From assembly GCA_963533195.1 (NCBI GenBank), contig CAUSOG010000002.1, positions 18,853 through 82,852 of the forward strand: 64,000 bases of DNA, given 5' to 3'. The notes under the pieces were generated by a model. The model worked only from the letters and a program-made list of their open reading frames with translations. It was not told the DNA's origin and ran no database searches. A program made the translations under genes and the position numbers. The DNA comes from an uncultured Streptococcus sp. (GTDB lineage: Bacteria; Bacillota; Bacilli; Lactobacillales; Streptococcaceae). Positions 20,423 to 33,092 of this stretch are shown here, in pieces (position 1 is the stretch's first letter; each line of letters opens with the position of its first letter).

Positions 20423-22349
20423 GAGTCTGGGACAATAGTCCCTTTGCTACAAAAAAAGCAACGGATTTTTTTCGTTGCTTTTTGCATGGTTGCGATGGTC
20501 TTGCTAAAATGGAATTGCTCAATTAAACATTTAGAAAGGCTATCCCATGCACATTCACTATAACAAAATTCAAACGACTTTACCACTAGAACTTGCTTGC
20601 ATTTTACCACAATACCATATTGTCTTTACCATGGAAAAAGTGGTGAATGCCTTGAAGTAATGATGATAGAAAATATCGCCATGCAGTACTTAACAGGACA
20701 GTTGCTTGTCAGTTACCACACCGTCAATCGCTTTCGAGTCGCTGTGGGGATGGAAAACCTCATTCGTGATCTTTTCATTGACCTCAATCTTCGTTTAAAA
20801 TTAGAAGAGTTTGTGACTTTATACTTAACAAAAATCTAAATTGTACGTATAATTGAAGTATGACAAAAACAACATTTACTCCAGCGGACAAAACACTTCT
20901 CACAGAAGCACTCAAAGATAAGAAAAACGTGCGTTTTCATAAACGCATTCAGTGTGTGCTATTTCGGATAGACGGCTTAAGCTATCGCAAAATCGCCGAA
21001 TTAACAGGGCTTTCCCCTCAAACGGCTTCCAATCAAGTGTAGCGCTACCAAGACCAAGGACTAGCTGCACTCTTAACAGACAAGCGTGGTGGGAGCTTCC
21101 GTTATTACATGACTCATGATGAAGAGATTGATTTTCTTGCAGAGCAGTTCAAGAAGGCGAGCGAAGGTGAGTGGTTAACCATTAAATCTCTTCACGAAGC
21201 CTATCAAGCCAAGATTGGTAAGAAAACGACTAGAGAGGGATTTTATGCTCTTCTCAAGCGACATGGTTGGCGAAAAATTATCCCCAGACCGGAACATCCA
21301 CAGAAAGCAGACGCTCAAGCAATTGTGACGTCTAAAAATAAAATCCTTGTACGAGAGCACATGCAAACGATTGCCTCATAAAAGAGTGCGACTGCTTTAC
21401 CAAGACGAGGCCGGATTTGGACGAATTAGTAAACCAAGTGCTTGTTGGGCTCCAAAAGGAATCAGACCCAATGTTCCTTGTCACCATGTTCGTGAATTTC
21501 GCTATTGTTATGGAGCCGTCGATGCGCATACAGGAGATGCCTTTTTCATCATTGCAGGCGCTTGTAACACCGCTTGGATGAACGAATTTTTACAGCAATT
21601 ATCTGCCTATTATTCTGATAGTTACCTGATTTTGGTCATGGATAACGCTACATGGCACAAGTCTCAGGCTTTGGATTTGCCAGAAAATATCGAGTGTACA
21701 TTTATTCCTCCCTACACGCCAGAAATGAATCCCATTGAGCAAGTTTGGGCGGAGATACGAAAGCGTGGATTCAAAAACAAGGCCTTCAAATCTCTAGAAG
21801 AAGTCATTTTGAAGTTAGAAGCAGTGATTCGAAACTTAGAAACAGAGTTTCTGAGGAGGATTGTTCACAGAAAGTGAATTTGTCCAGAATAGATTTTTGG
21901 TGAGTATTAGATTGTCTGTTTATTGATGGCACTATGATTGAAGCCAACGCCAACAAGTATAGTTTCGTATGGAAAAAGGCCACAGACAAGTTTTCCGTCA
22001 AACTTCAAGAACAGATACAGGTCAATTTCCAAGAAGAAAAATCACCCCCCTTATCCATCAGGCGATTGCGCTGGATGAAAAAGAACCTATTGCCTCAGAA
22101 CAGTTGACCGAGTTCGCTCAACGTAAGATTGATGCGGAACCTGTCTTTGGGCAGATAAAGGCTTGTTTGGGTTAAAAGAGATGTAATCTGAGAGGTAAGC
22201 GTCAAGTGAAAATTGACATTAGTTTAGTGCTCATGACCAATAATCTCCTTAAATACAATAAGAAAACGGTTCAAAATTAAAAAGCTAAAGTTCACATAAT
22301 TGGGAACCTTTAGCTTTTTTGTGACTGAGAACTATTTTGTCTCAGACTC
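20423..22349 (+). mobile_element. Degenerate IS1182-family element interrupted by an IS630-family element
   Basis: Terminal IRs GAGTCTGGGACAA / TTGTCTCAGACTC; fragments MHIHYNKIQTTLPLE, YHTVNRFR, DCLFIDGTMIEANANKYSFVWKK, QRKIDAEPVFGQIK; internally deleted. Confidence 0.85.
20822..21906 (+). mobile_element. IS630-family insertion sequence (transposase pseudogene)
   Basis: IRs TACTTAACAAAAATCTA / TAGATTTTTGGTGAGTA flanked by TTA; HTH ORF with in-frame TAG at 21040-21042; DDE ORF with QDEAGFG, MDNATWH, PPYTPEMNPIEQVW. Confidence 0.9.
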
Positions 22350-22405
22350 GTGAAATATTTTTTTCTCAGACTTTTCTATATACTCTTAATTCTTACAAAA
22401 TAGCA

Positions 22406-23293
22406 CTATAGAGACGAAAAATTTTCATACAAGTATCTACTTAACTCTAAACTCATCTTCTCGTTGTTAGCTAGTTGAAAAAGAAACTGTGATCGCTGAT
22501 AATATGCTTTTACCTGTTCTTTCTCGTGAAACCCTTCGCTAATATTACCTAATAAACAGTATAATTCTGCCAATAGGAACCTCGACTGATAGTCGTTACA
22601 GACCTCAATAGTTTCAAGAGTTTCTATAATTGCCTGCTCTGTTCTATTACCTAACAACCATAATTGCCTACAATAATTATATCTAATTTTGATTAAGTTC
22701 TTAAAGTTCTCTATTTTAGATAAATCGCTTCTTTTCAACTCAGCCACTATTTCTATAAACTCTTGTTCTAATTCTATAAAGTTTGAACCCTTTCCTTCCA
22801 ATAAAAAATTTAATAATGTATTCTTTAGATACAGATGAGAGTCTATTTGACTACCTATTTGAGAAATTATTTTTCTCAATTTTTTCAAACCCTCTTTTTG
22901 TTTTTTATCATAATAGAACAAAACTAACGATTCAACCCAAGTAAGATATATTTTATCAGAAAGAGAATATTTTATCGATTTTTGAGTAGATAATTCCAAA
23001 TCAAGTATATACTTAACTGAGGCAAAATCCTGTAATTCAATGTGTTTTTCTAATATTTCTTTCAATTGTGTAACCTGAGAAGTCTCTACACTAATTGTCT
23101 TATCATAAAAATAGTCTAATGTAACATCTAATCTCTGAGCCAGTGAATGTAATAAATCTGAATTTGGAACATATTTCCCCTGTTCAATTCTACTAATTTT
23201 AGCCTGCTCACATAATCCCTGAGCAAGTTCACTTTGTGATAAATGAAGCTCTAAACGACGCTCTCTCATTCTAGTTGCTAGTAAACTATTCAC
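22406..23293 (-). CDS. TprA/PlcR-like RRNPP transcriptional regulator (XRE HTH plus TPR-like helices)
   Basis: RRLELHLSQSELAQGLCEQAKISRIEQGKYVPNSDLL..LDYFY; 295 aa, helical C-terminus; GTG start with AAGGAG RBS. Confidence 0.85.
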   Translation of the reverse strand: MNSLLATRMRERRLELHLSQSELAQGLCEQAKISRIEQGKYVPNSDLLHSLAQRLDVTLDYFYDKTISVETSQVTQLKEILEKHIELQDFASVKYILDLELSTQKSIKYSLSDKIYLTWVESLVLFYYDKKQKEGLKKLRKIISQIGSQIDSHLYLKNTLLNFLLEGKGSNFIELEQEFIEIVAELKRSDLSKIENFKNLIKIRYNYCRQLWLLGNRTEQAIIETLETIEVCNDYQSRFLLAELYCLLGNISEGFHEKEQVKAYYQRSQFLFQLANNEKMSLELSRYLYENFSSL

Positions 23294-23595
23294 ATATTAC
23301 TCCTTATATTTGATTTAGTACAGTTAACTACTGCCAAAGCCTAAGCTATACACTTAGAATAAGTCATTATGAAACAAGCTCACCTGCCAGTGAGTTTGGA
23401 CTTGTGGAGATTACCTAGTATAAGACGCGACAACACCTCCATCATTCATGTCATTAAAATTCCTCAGAATCCCACCTTGTTGACTAAAAATAACTTCTCA
23501 TTTCATGAGAATAAGCTATGTCAAACTTGATTTTCCTTAATTTTTAGTTAACTTTATACTTAGTTTTTATTTAACTCAATTATACAACATTTGCT

Positions 23596-25494
23596 CTACC
23601 AAATTTTAACTCTATCAATTTCACATCTCCACATAGAATCTCCTTGAGCAACTCCAAATGTATCATGAAACTCCTTAAGATTAGATAGTGGGACATTAAC
23701 TCTTTCCTCATTTGGAGAATGAACATCTAAAACTTCTTGAATTTCTCCATACTCCTTATTCAATATCGAGCGATGACATCTTGCAAAGGTTGTAAAGAAA
23801 TCTTCCAAACTATACTCTTCTCTACCCATCAATGAATTAAGTGAACAAATCAATCCTGCTAAGTCAGCTATATCTTCAGAAATAGTCATCTTATTAACTA
23901 AATTTTTATCTTTTACAAGATATTGTTTATTGAGTTTGCTAGAAATTTTCATCAACTCTTGATAATCAGAATCTAACCACCAGCTTCCTCTATTCCCATC
24001 CGAATCAAACATTGAACCATTTAAGTCAAAAGCATGTGAGATTTCATGTGCAATCAGAGTTCCTAAGCCACCATAATTTTGAGACAAAGTATAGTCAGTC
24101 GAAAAAAATGGTTCATTAAGTATCGCAGCTGGAATAATTATCATATTTCTTCTAAAATCATATAAAGCATTTACTGTATGTGCTGAAATACTCCACTGAT
24201 TTCTATCAGTTGGTTTATTCCATTGTTTCCACATATAGCTAATAGAATTTGCGAGAATCATTTGTATATTTTCAATTAAAGTTTTATCCAAATTTATTTT
24301 TTTAAATTGATATGTAGGTGGCAAATTACTTGGCTTCCCAACTTGAATATTCATTTTATCTAATTTTTCTAAAGTTATTTTTTTAGTACTAGCTGATAAC
24401 CAAGTATTTGCTAAAAGCTCTTTTCTATACTCTTCTATAAGATCTTCAACTATTCTTTCAACTCTTAAAAAAATATCCTTTGAAAAAAAATTATCTGCAT
24501 ACCAATTTCCTATAGCTTGCATATATAAAGACTGTGCTAAATAGAATGCTTCCTTATCTTTCTTTCTTACTTCTTTGATTCCGTAAAGGTATCTTCCAAA
24601 TTCACCAGAAGAAATGCGAATCTCTTCAGTTAGATAAGCAGCGTAAGTAAGGATAACCTGATAAATCAGCAATGATTTTATATATTTCCAGTTCTCAGAA
24701 CAAAAAATTTTTCTTGAATTTTTCCAAAACTTCTCTTCAGCTACTATGATAACATCAGGTATTTCTCCTATTAAATTATAAAAGTATCTTCCAAAATCAA
24801 TTTCTTCATTCCAACTATTGAACTCAGAGAAGGGGTATATATTATATATTTTGTTATAATCGGACATTTCTTCTTTAGAAATATTTAACTCAGATACTAT
24901 TCTATCTAAATAGATAATATCATCCAGCATGCTCTCTGCTTCTTCTAATTCGAATCCAAAATTTGAAATTAATTTAAGCTGGCATTGTTTCCATTTTTGA
25001 ATTAGATTATTGCCATATTGATATTGATCTGTATAAAATAGTGTATCTGGCAATATAGTTTTTAGTCCCCAAGCCCAAAGTACATTTGTATTTGACTTTT
25101 TAAAATCTGGCTCAATTGAAAATGGCATTAAAGATGGATTACCAGATAACTCTAACTCAGGTAATTTGGCAATAAAATCAGCAAAGCTCTCTATGCCTTG
25201 ATACAAATCTAAAATTTTTTTAATTGGCTCTATGCCAATCTTATCTCTTTTTTCAAAGTCAGATATGAGTGTATAGTATTTAATAAATTCAACCATGTAA
25301 TCATCACTAGCAATAAGTTCAGTCATATTTGTAAAACTATCTTGAGATACAGACAAAAGCTTTTGAATTTTTTTTTCAATATCTACTTGAATTTCTGTAA
25401 ATGAATCCATTTCAGCTAAATCAGATGGTATTATGGCCGACTTTTCCCACTTCTCATTTACAAATCTATAAAAATTATTATTTGCAGTCATCAT
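23596..25494 (-). CDS. M13 family zinc endopeptidase (PepO/neprilysin-like), island-borne
   Basis: NFYRFVNEKW, VNALY, HEISHAFD, EDIADLAG, DVHSP; no signal peptide; AT-rich. Confidence 0.92.
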   Translation of the reverse strand: MMTANNNFYRFVNEKWEKSAIIPSDLAEMDSFTEIQVDIEKKIQKLLSVSQDSFTNMTELIASDDYMVEFIKYYTLISDFEKRDKIGIEPIKKILDLYQGIESFADFIAKLPELELSGNPSLMPFSIEPDFKKSNTNVLWAWGLKTILPDTLFYTDQYQYGNNLIQKWKQCQLKLISNFGFELEEAESMLDDIIYLDRIVSELNISKEEMSDYNKIYNIYPFSEFNSWNEEIDFGRYFYNLIGEIPDVIIVAEEKFWKNSRKIFCSENWKYIKSLLIYQVILTYAAYLTEEIRISSGEFGRYLYGIKEVRKKDKEAFYLAQSLYMQAIGNWYADNFFSKDIFLRVERIVEDLIEEYRKELLANTWLSASTKKITLEKLDKMNIQVGKPSNLPPTYQFKKINLDKTLIENIQMILANSISYMWKQWNKPTDRNQWSISAHTVNALYDFRRNMIIIPAAILNEPFFSTDYTLSQNYGGLGTLIAHEISHAFDLNGSMFDSDGNRGSWWLDSDYQELMKISSKLNKQYLVKDKNLVNKMTISEDIADLAGLICSLNSLMGREEYSLEDFFTTFARCHRSILNKEYGEIQEVLDVHSPNEERVNVPLSNLKEFHDTFGVAQGDSMWRCEIDRVKIW

Positions 25495-25671
25495 ATCTCC
25501 TTGAGTTTTGATAAAATTTTCAGATACAATCTTATCATAAAAGAATTAACAAAGCAACAAAATAGAAAATATAGATATACTTTTTCAAAGAAATATGTTA
25601 AAATAAACAAAACAAATCTCTATTTATTTAAAAATAATATATCAAAAAACAAGAAAGTAGTGTTATAGACA

Positions 25672-26628
25672 ATGATTAGTGCTTTTTCAATTGACGATAA
25701 AAAAAGTAACATCGCTCGAATTATTTCTGAACACCGTAGTGAATACATACTCGGATTTCAAAATAATGATACCCAAAAAATCCGCAAACTTAGTTTAAAA
25801 AATCAGCTTTATCATATAGGAGACTTTATTAAGTATTCTGTTATAAATAACTCTATTTCAAATATAGAATTGTTACCTCGGAAAAATGTAATTTGTAAAT
25901 CTAGTAATACAACTAAAAAAAGCTATAACTTCTCTGAATCTAATCAAATTTTAGCCACAAATGTTGATCAACTCTTTATATTTATTCCTCTTGATAAAAA
26001 TTTTTCTCTGTCAAAAATTGAAAGATATATTTTAGTCTTTTCTCAACAAAATGTTAATGTAACAATTGTGCTAAGTAAAAAGGATCTTTTTTCAAATTAT
26101 AAAGAATATCTGTCTAAAGTTAAACAATTATATCCTAAGATTAATATTTGTCCTATCAGTTTATATGACGAATTATCTATCAAAAAATTCAAAGAATTAC
26201 TAATTCCTGGTAAAACAGGTATGTTTATTGGCTCATCAGGAGCAGGAAAATCTAGTTTACTTAATCACCTACAAACAAATTATACTGCAAGAGTTAATAA
26301 TGTTCGAAATGACTATAAGGGAAAACACACAACAACTAGTAGTTTAATCATTTTCTGTCCAGAGATAGAATACAATATTATTGATACTCCTGGTTTTAAA
26401 GGTATTGATACAACTTTAGATATTGATAAGAAAATATTGTTTGAAGAAATAGAGGAATGTGCTAAATATTGTAAATTTAACGATTGCTTACACCTTACTG
26501 AACCTAAATGTGCAGTAAAAGAAGCGGTCAAAAATAATATTATTAGACCAGAAATACTGGAAAGATATCACTATAACATTAAAAAGCTCGAATTATTATC
26601 TAAAAGAAGAGCCAGCTGGAGATTATAA
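25672..26628 (+). CDS. RsgA-family circularly permuted GTPase, probable accessory paralog
   Basis: ATNVDQ, SKKD (G4), GSSGAGKSS (G1), GKHTTT, DTPG, CKFNDCLHLTEPKC zinc finger. Confidence 0.9.
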   Translation: MISAFSIDDKKSNIARIISEHRSEYILGFQNNDTQKIRKLSLKNQLYHIGDFIKYSVINNSISNIELLPRKNVICKSSNTTKKSYNFSESNQILATNVDQLFIFIPLDKNFSLSKIERYILVFSQQNVNVTIVLSKKDLFSNYKEYLSKVKQLYPKINICPISLYDELSIKKFKELLIPGKTGMFIGSSGAGKSSLLNHLQTNYTARVNNVRNDYKGKHTTTSSLIIFCPEIEYNIIDTPGFKGIDTTLDIDKKILFEEIEECAKYCKFNDCLHLTEPKCAVKEAVKNNIIRPEILERYHYNIKKLELLSKRRASWRL

Positions 26629-26677
26629 TTTACAAAAACACACTCACAGTTGCCTCATCAAAAACTTTAATTGCTTA

Positions 26678-26730
26678 ATTTCAACTATTAGGAAAGAATT
26701 TAAAAATTGTACTTTCCTAATAGTTGAAAT
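26678..26730. terminator. Perfect 19-bp inverted repeat after the RsgA-like gene
   Basis: ATTTCAACTATTAGGAAAG-N15-CTTTCCTAATAGTTGAAAT. Confidence 0.7.
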
Positions 26731-26926
26731 ACAAAAGCTTCTAGAGAATGAACTGAATTACTATGAAAAACTGTTTTCCTTTTTGCTGTAGGGTACTTTG
26801 AATTTTTAAAAAAATTCAAATAATGGGATTGATAAAATGAAAAAAGCTATTAGAATATTTGATATTTTAGGGGAAGAACATTTGAAAATTCAATACAGTG
26901 AACACTATGCTAATCTCATAAATTAA
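26712..26926 (+). pseudogene. C-terminal remnant of an Rgg/GadR/MutR-family regulator
   Basis: Across two A-run frameshifts reads FLIVEIQKLLENELNYYEK/TVFLFAVGYFEFLK/NSNNGIDKMKKAIRIFDILGEEHLKIQYSEHYANLIN*. Confidence 0.65.
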
Positions 26927-27164
26927 AAATTTTATATCGTTGTACTTACCAACAATGAATTCAAAGATCATACCATTATCCAGTTTCTCTCTTATTACAA
27001 GAGACAGTATTTACTTATCCTCGGGAAACTCTTTATTACAGTATTATTTTTTTTACCTACTAGTAGTCTATGGTAATAAAACCACATATTTTAATCAAGT
27101 TTTCAGTATTATTCCAATAACCTCAACTTGAGTGCTCGCTTTTATACATCCCCACCACAAAGCA

Positions 27165-27188
27165 AAAAGCCTTGCAATCAAGGCTTTT
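27165..27188 (-). terminator. Intrinsic terminator after rlmD
   Basis: AAAAGCCTTG-CAAT-CAAGGCTTTT. Confidence 0.75.
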
Positions 27189-27213
27189 CATTATCCCTTT
27201 CGTTCAAAGGTTT

Positions 27214-28629
<1,416 letters not shown>

Positions 28630-28653
28630 CTACCTTTCATTATATCATATATC

Positions 28654-30003
28654 TTATCTGAGACCCATTTGCTGCAGTCTTTCTTTATAGGCTTCAAAGT
28701 CAATCAAGAGACCTTGGCCACCGTACATATCATAGGTATCAACCCAGTCACCATTTTCCGGAATTGTCAGGCGCTCAACCCCATTGCGAGAATCTCCTGC
28801 CATAGAGAGACCATTGGTCAAAAGGAAGCTGTAAGGCACATTGGTCGAAGTCAAGGCAAAGACCTTACCTAGAGCCTCTGACCCAGTAAAGAGCTTAGTC
28901 GGATCTTTGACCTGCTGGAAAACAGCTGTCAAAACTTCCTGCTGGCGGCGGGTCCGGCCAAAGTCACCCTCGTCATCTTTGCGGAAGCGAGCGTAGTTGA
29001 GCAAGGTTCGACCGTCCATCTGCTGCTGACCTACCTTGATTGTTTGGTTGGGCACCACACCGTCTTTCATATTCAGGTCATCTGGCACTTCAACTTCTGT
29101 CACCTTTTCCCCATCAATGGTTGAGAACTGAGCATTCATGCTGACGCCATTTGGGAAAAGGGTGTCAATAGCTGTCGCAAAGGTCTGAAAATCCACCAGT
29201 GCATAATATTTGATGTCCAGATCGAAATTATCTTTGAGCATCTGGCGAACATAGTCTGCACCGCGATTGTGGTTTTGCTCCCCAATCGTATAGGCAGAAT
29301 TGAGCTTTTGGTCATAGTAATCTGCCTGCGACGGATCCGTGTACTCATTGCTGACACCATCGATGTGAATGAGAGTATCACGCATAAAGCTGACCAATTT
29401 CACCTTGTGGTCCTTATTACCAACATTCAAGACCATAATGGAGTCGGTCCGTGTCTCAGTCGAGTCATCACCAACTCGGCCGTCCGTCCCAAGAATGAGG
29501 ATATTCACTCCGTCCTTAGTGTCCTTGCCGTCAAAGAATTCCGTTTCTGCTGGTTTAGAATTTCCATTATGAGCTGTCGTCAAGCCTTTGATAAACATGA
29601 AAATCATGCCCCCCAAGACCATCAGCAGGAAAATCCCTGCCCAAAGCAAAATTCGTTTCAAGCGGATTTTTTTGCGGGGTTTCTTGGGCTTGTCTTGTCC
29701 CAGACCAGCACCTGCCAGAACTCCCGGCTCCTTCTTTTGCTTTCTGCTGCGAGAAGAACGCTCAGGGTACTTGGGTAAGAGGCCAGAAGAATCCATTTCC
29801 ACTGGCTCTTGCTCGTAGGTGTTGCTAGCCGTTTGCGGCTGCTCTTCATGGTCAGGCACACTGGCTGAACCTCCAATCCCCTTGGACTTCTGACGCAAAT
29901 AGTCAAATTCTTTCTTTTCTTTAGCGTTTAGATAATAATAATTTTTATAGAGATAATCTAAGCGGAGCCGTTCATGATGGCTAAGATTTTCTGGTTTCTT
30001 CAT
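28654..30003 (-). CDS. LytR-CpsA-Psr (LCP) family protein
   Basis: Single TM helix, ILILGTD, RTDSIM, SFMRD, YARFRKDDEGDFGRTRRQQ. Confidence 0.92.
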   Translation of the reverse strand: MKKPENLSHHERLRLDYLYKNYYYLNAKEKKEFDYLRQKSKGIGGSASVPDHEEQPQTASNTYEQEPVEMDSSGLLPKYPERSSRSRKQKKEPGVLAGAGLGQDKPKKPRKKIRLKRILLWAGIFLLMVLGGMIFMFIKGLTTAHNGNSKPAETEFFDGKDTKDGVNILILGTDGRVGDDSTETRTDSIMVLNVGNKDHKVKLVSFMRDTLIHIDGVSNEYTDPSQADYYDQKLNSAYTIGEQNHNRGADYVRQMLKDNFDLDIKYYALVDFQTFATAIDTLFPNGVSMNAQFSTIDGEKVTEVEVPDDLNMKDGVVPNQTIKVGQQQMDGRTLLNYARFRKDDEGDFGRTRRQQEVLTAVFQQVKDPTKLFTGSEALGKVFALTSTNVPYSFLLTNGLSMAGDSRNGVERLTIPENGDWVDTYDMYGGQGLLIDFEAYKERLQQMGLR

Positions 30004-30021
30004 CTCTTCTCCAATCTACCG

Positions 30022-30851
30022 CTACTGGTTCTGAATCAGAAACACACTGTAGCTACCAAAAATTTTATAAGTAATTCCAAGACTTGTCAACTCTTGATAG
30101 GCAAAATCCGCCAATTTTTTCTGTTCGTTGTCAATGTCAATAATGAAGAAATACTCTCCCAAAGCCGTTTTTAGAGGCCGGCTCTCAATCTTGGTCAAAT
30201 CAATCCCACGCCAAGCAAAGGTCGACAAAGCCTTATAGAGGGCACCAGGCAGATTGTCTGGCAAGGTCAAAGCTAGTGTCTGCTTGTCTCCTGTCTTGGC
30301 CAGTTGAAGCTTAGGAACCTCATGACCTAGAATCCAGAAGCGGGTATAATTTTCTTCCATTTCCTGAATGTCGCTGGCCGCTACTTTAAGCCCGTATTCT
30401 GCTGCAGCCGTGCGAGGGGCAATAGCCGCAAAATTCTTTTCAGGATGTTCTGCCACAAAACGAGCTGCATAGGCTGTACTAGCCGTAACCTCAATGGCAG
30501 CCTGCGGATAATGCTGGCGGATATATTTTTTTCCTTGGGCAATAGCCTGCGGGTGAGAAAATATCTTCTCAATTGGCTTCTCCAAATCCGTCACCAAGAG
30601 CTGCTGCTTAATGGGCTGAACGATTTCAGCCACCGCCTGAATGTCTGCTTGATGAAAAAGATAGTCCAGCGTCTCGTGGACACTACCCTCGATGGAATTT
30701 TCCACCGGAACGACTGAGTAATCCACTTCCCTAGCCTCATAAGCCTTCATGACCTCGGTGATATTCTGATAGGGTACCAAGTCCTCGCTGGGAAAGGCAG
30801 CTTGGGCTACATGGTGAGAAAAGGAGCCTCTAGGACCTAAAAATGCTATTT

Positions 30852-30855
<4 letters not shown>
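30022..30855 (-). CDS. pheA: Prephenate dehydratase
   Basis: FLGPRGSFS, PVENSIEG, NYTRF, IESRP ACT domain. Confidence 0.95.
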
Positions 30856-32634
<1,779 letters not shown>

Positions 32635-32735
32635 TTATTTTATCATAAAAAGACCAGAAATTCTTAAAATTTCTGGAATCCTAGCTGAAGCAAAAAGAAT
32701 CCGGGTATTCATCCCAGATTCTTCTTTTTATTAGC

Positions 32736-33074
32736 TTACTTAAGCAAATCCTGCACCGGATCAAAGATAATACGCTCAATGTCCGCCAGATAGATGGACA
32801 GTTGCTGCTGCTTATTGAAGAATTCAGAAAGAACAGCATTGCCCTGAATCTTCTCGCCAAAGGAAGTCAGCTTGTCCTGCACCTCCTGAGTCGGTACCTG
32901 ACCAGTCTGAGCTAGCTGTTGCAACTCCTGCTGGAAAGCCAGATAATCCGCAAAAATAGCCTTGGCTTCGCTATCAGCATCTACTGCTTTCTTACTTTCT
33001 GCGACTGCCTTGTACTCAGGTAAATCACGCAGATTTCTGCTCAGTTCATTGGCTAAATCATAAATATTTGACAT
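32736..33074 (-). CDS. YlbF/YmcA family protein
   Basis: [16 protein letters not shown]-terminus; located in aro cluster. Confidence 0.8.
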   Translation of the reverse strand: MSNIYDLANELSRNLRDLPEYKAVAESKKAVDADSEAKAIFADYLAFQQELQQLAQTGQVPTQEVQDKLTSFGEKIQGNAVLSEFFNKQQQLSIYLADIERIIFDPVQDLLK

Positions 33075-33092
33075 AGAATTCTCCAATCTATA

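Larger units (their letters stand above)
13921..27130. mobile_element. AT-rich genomic island (lanthipeptide/quorum-sensing cluster) next to the rlmD 3' end
   Basis: Visibly AT-rich versus flanks; left edge truncates a gene; contains IS and gene remnants; no integrase seen. Confidence 0.8.

Noticed and set aside
20419..20610. 63-aa Cys-rich minus-strand ORF as a second precursor
   Set aside because: Lies antisense within the IS1182 left end; no RBS or leader/core organisation
23300..23595. Possible structured leader or small ORF (MLSRLILGNLHKSKLTGR) upstream of the regulator, with a GCTCAC..GTGAGT hairpin
   Set aside because: No well-spaced RBS or recognisable RNA family; cannot be supported from sequence alone
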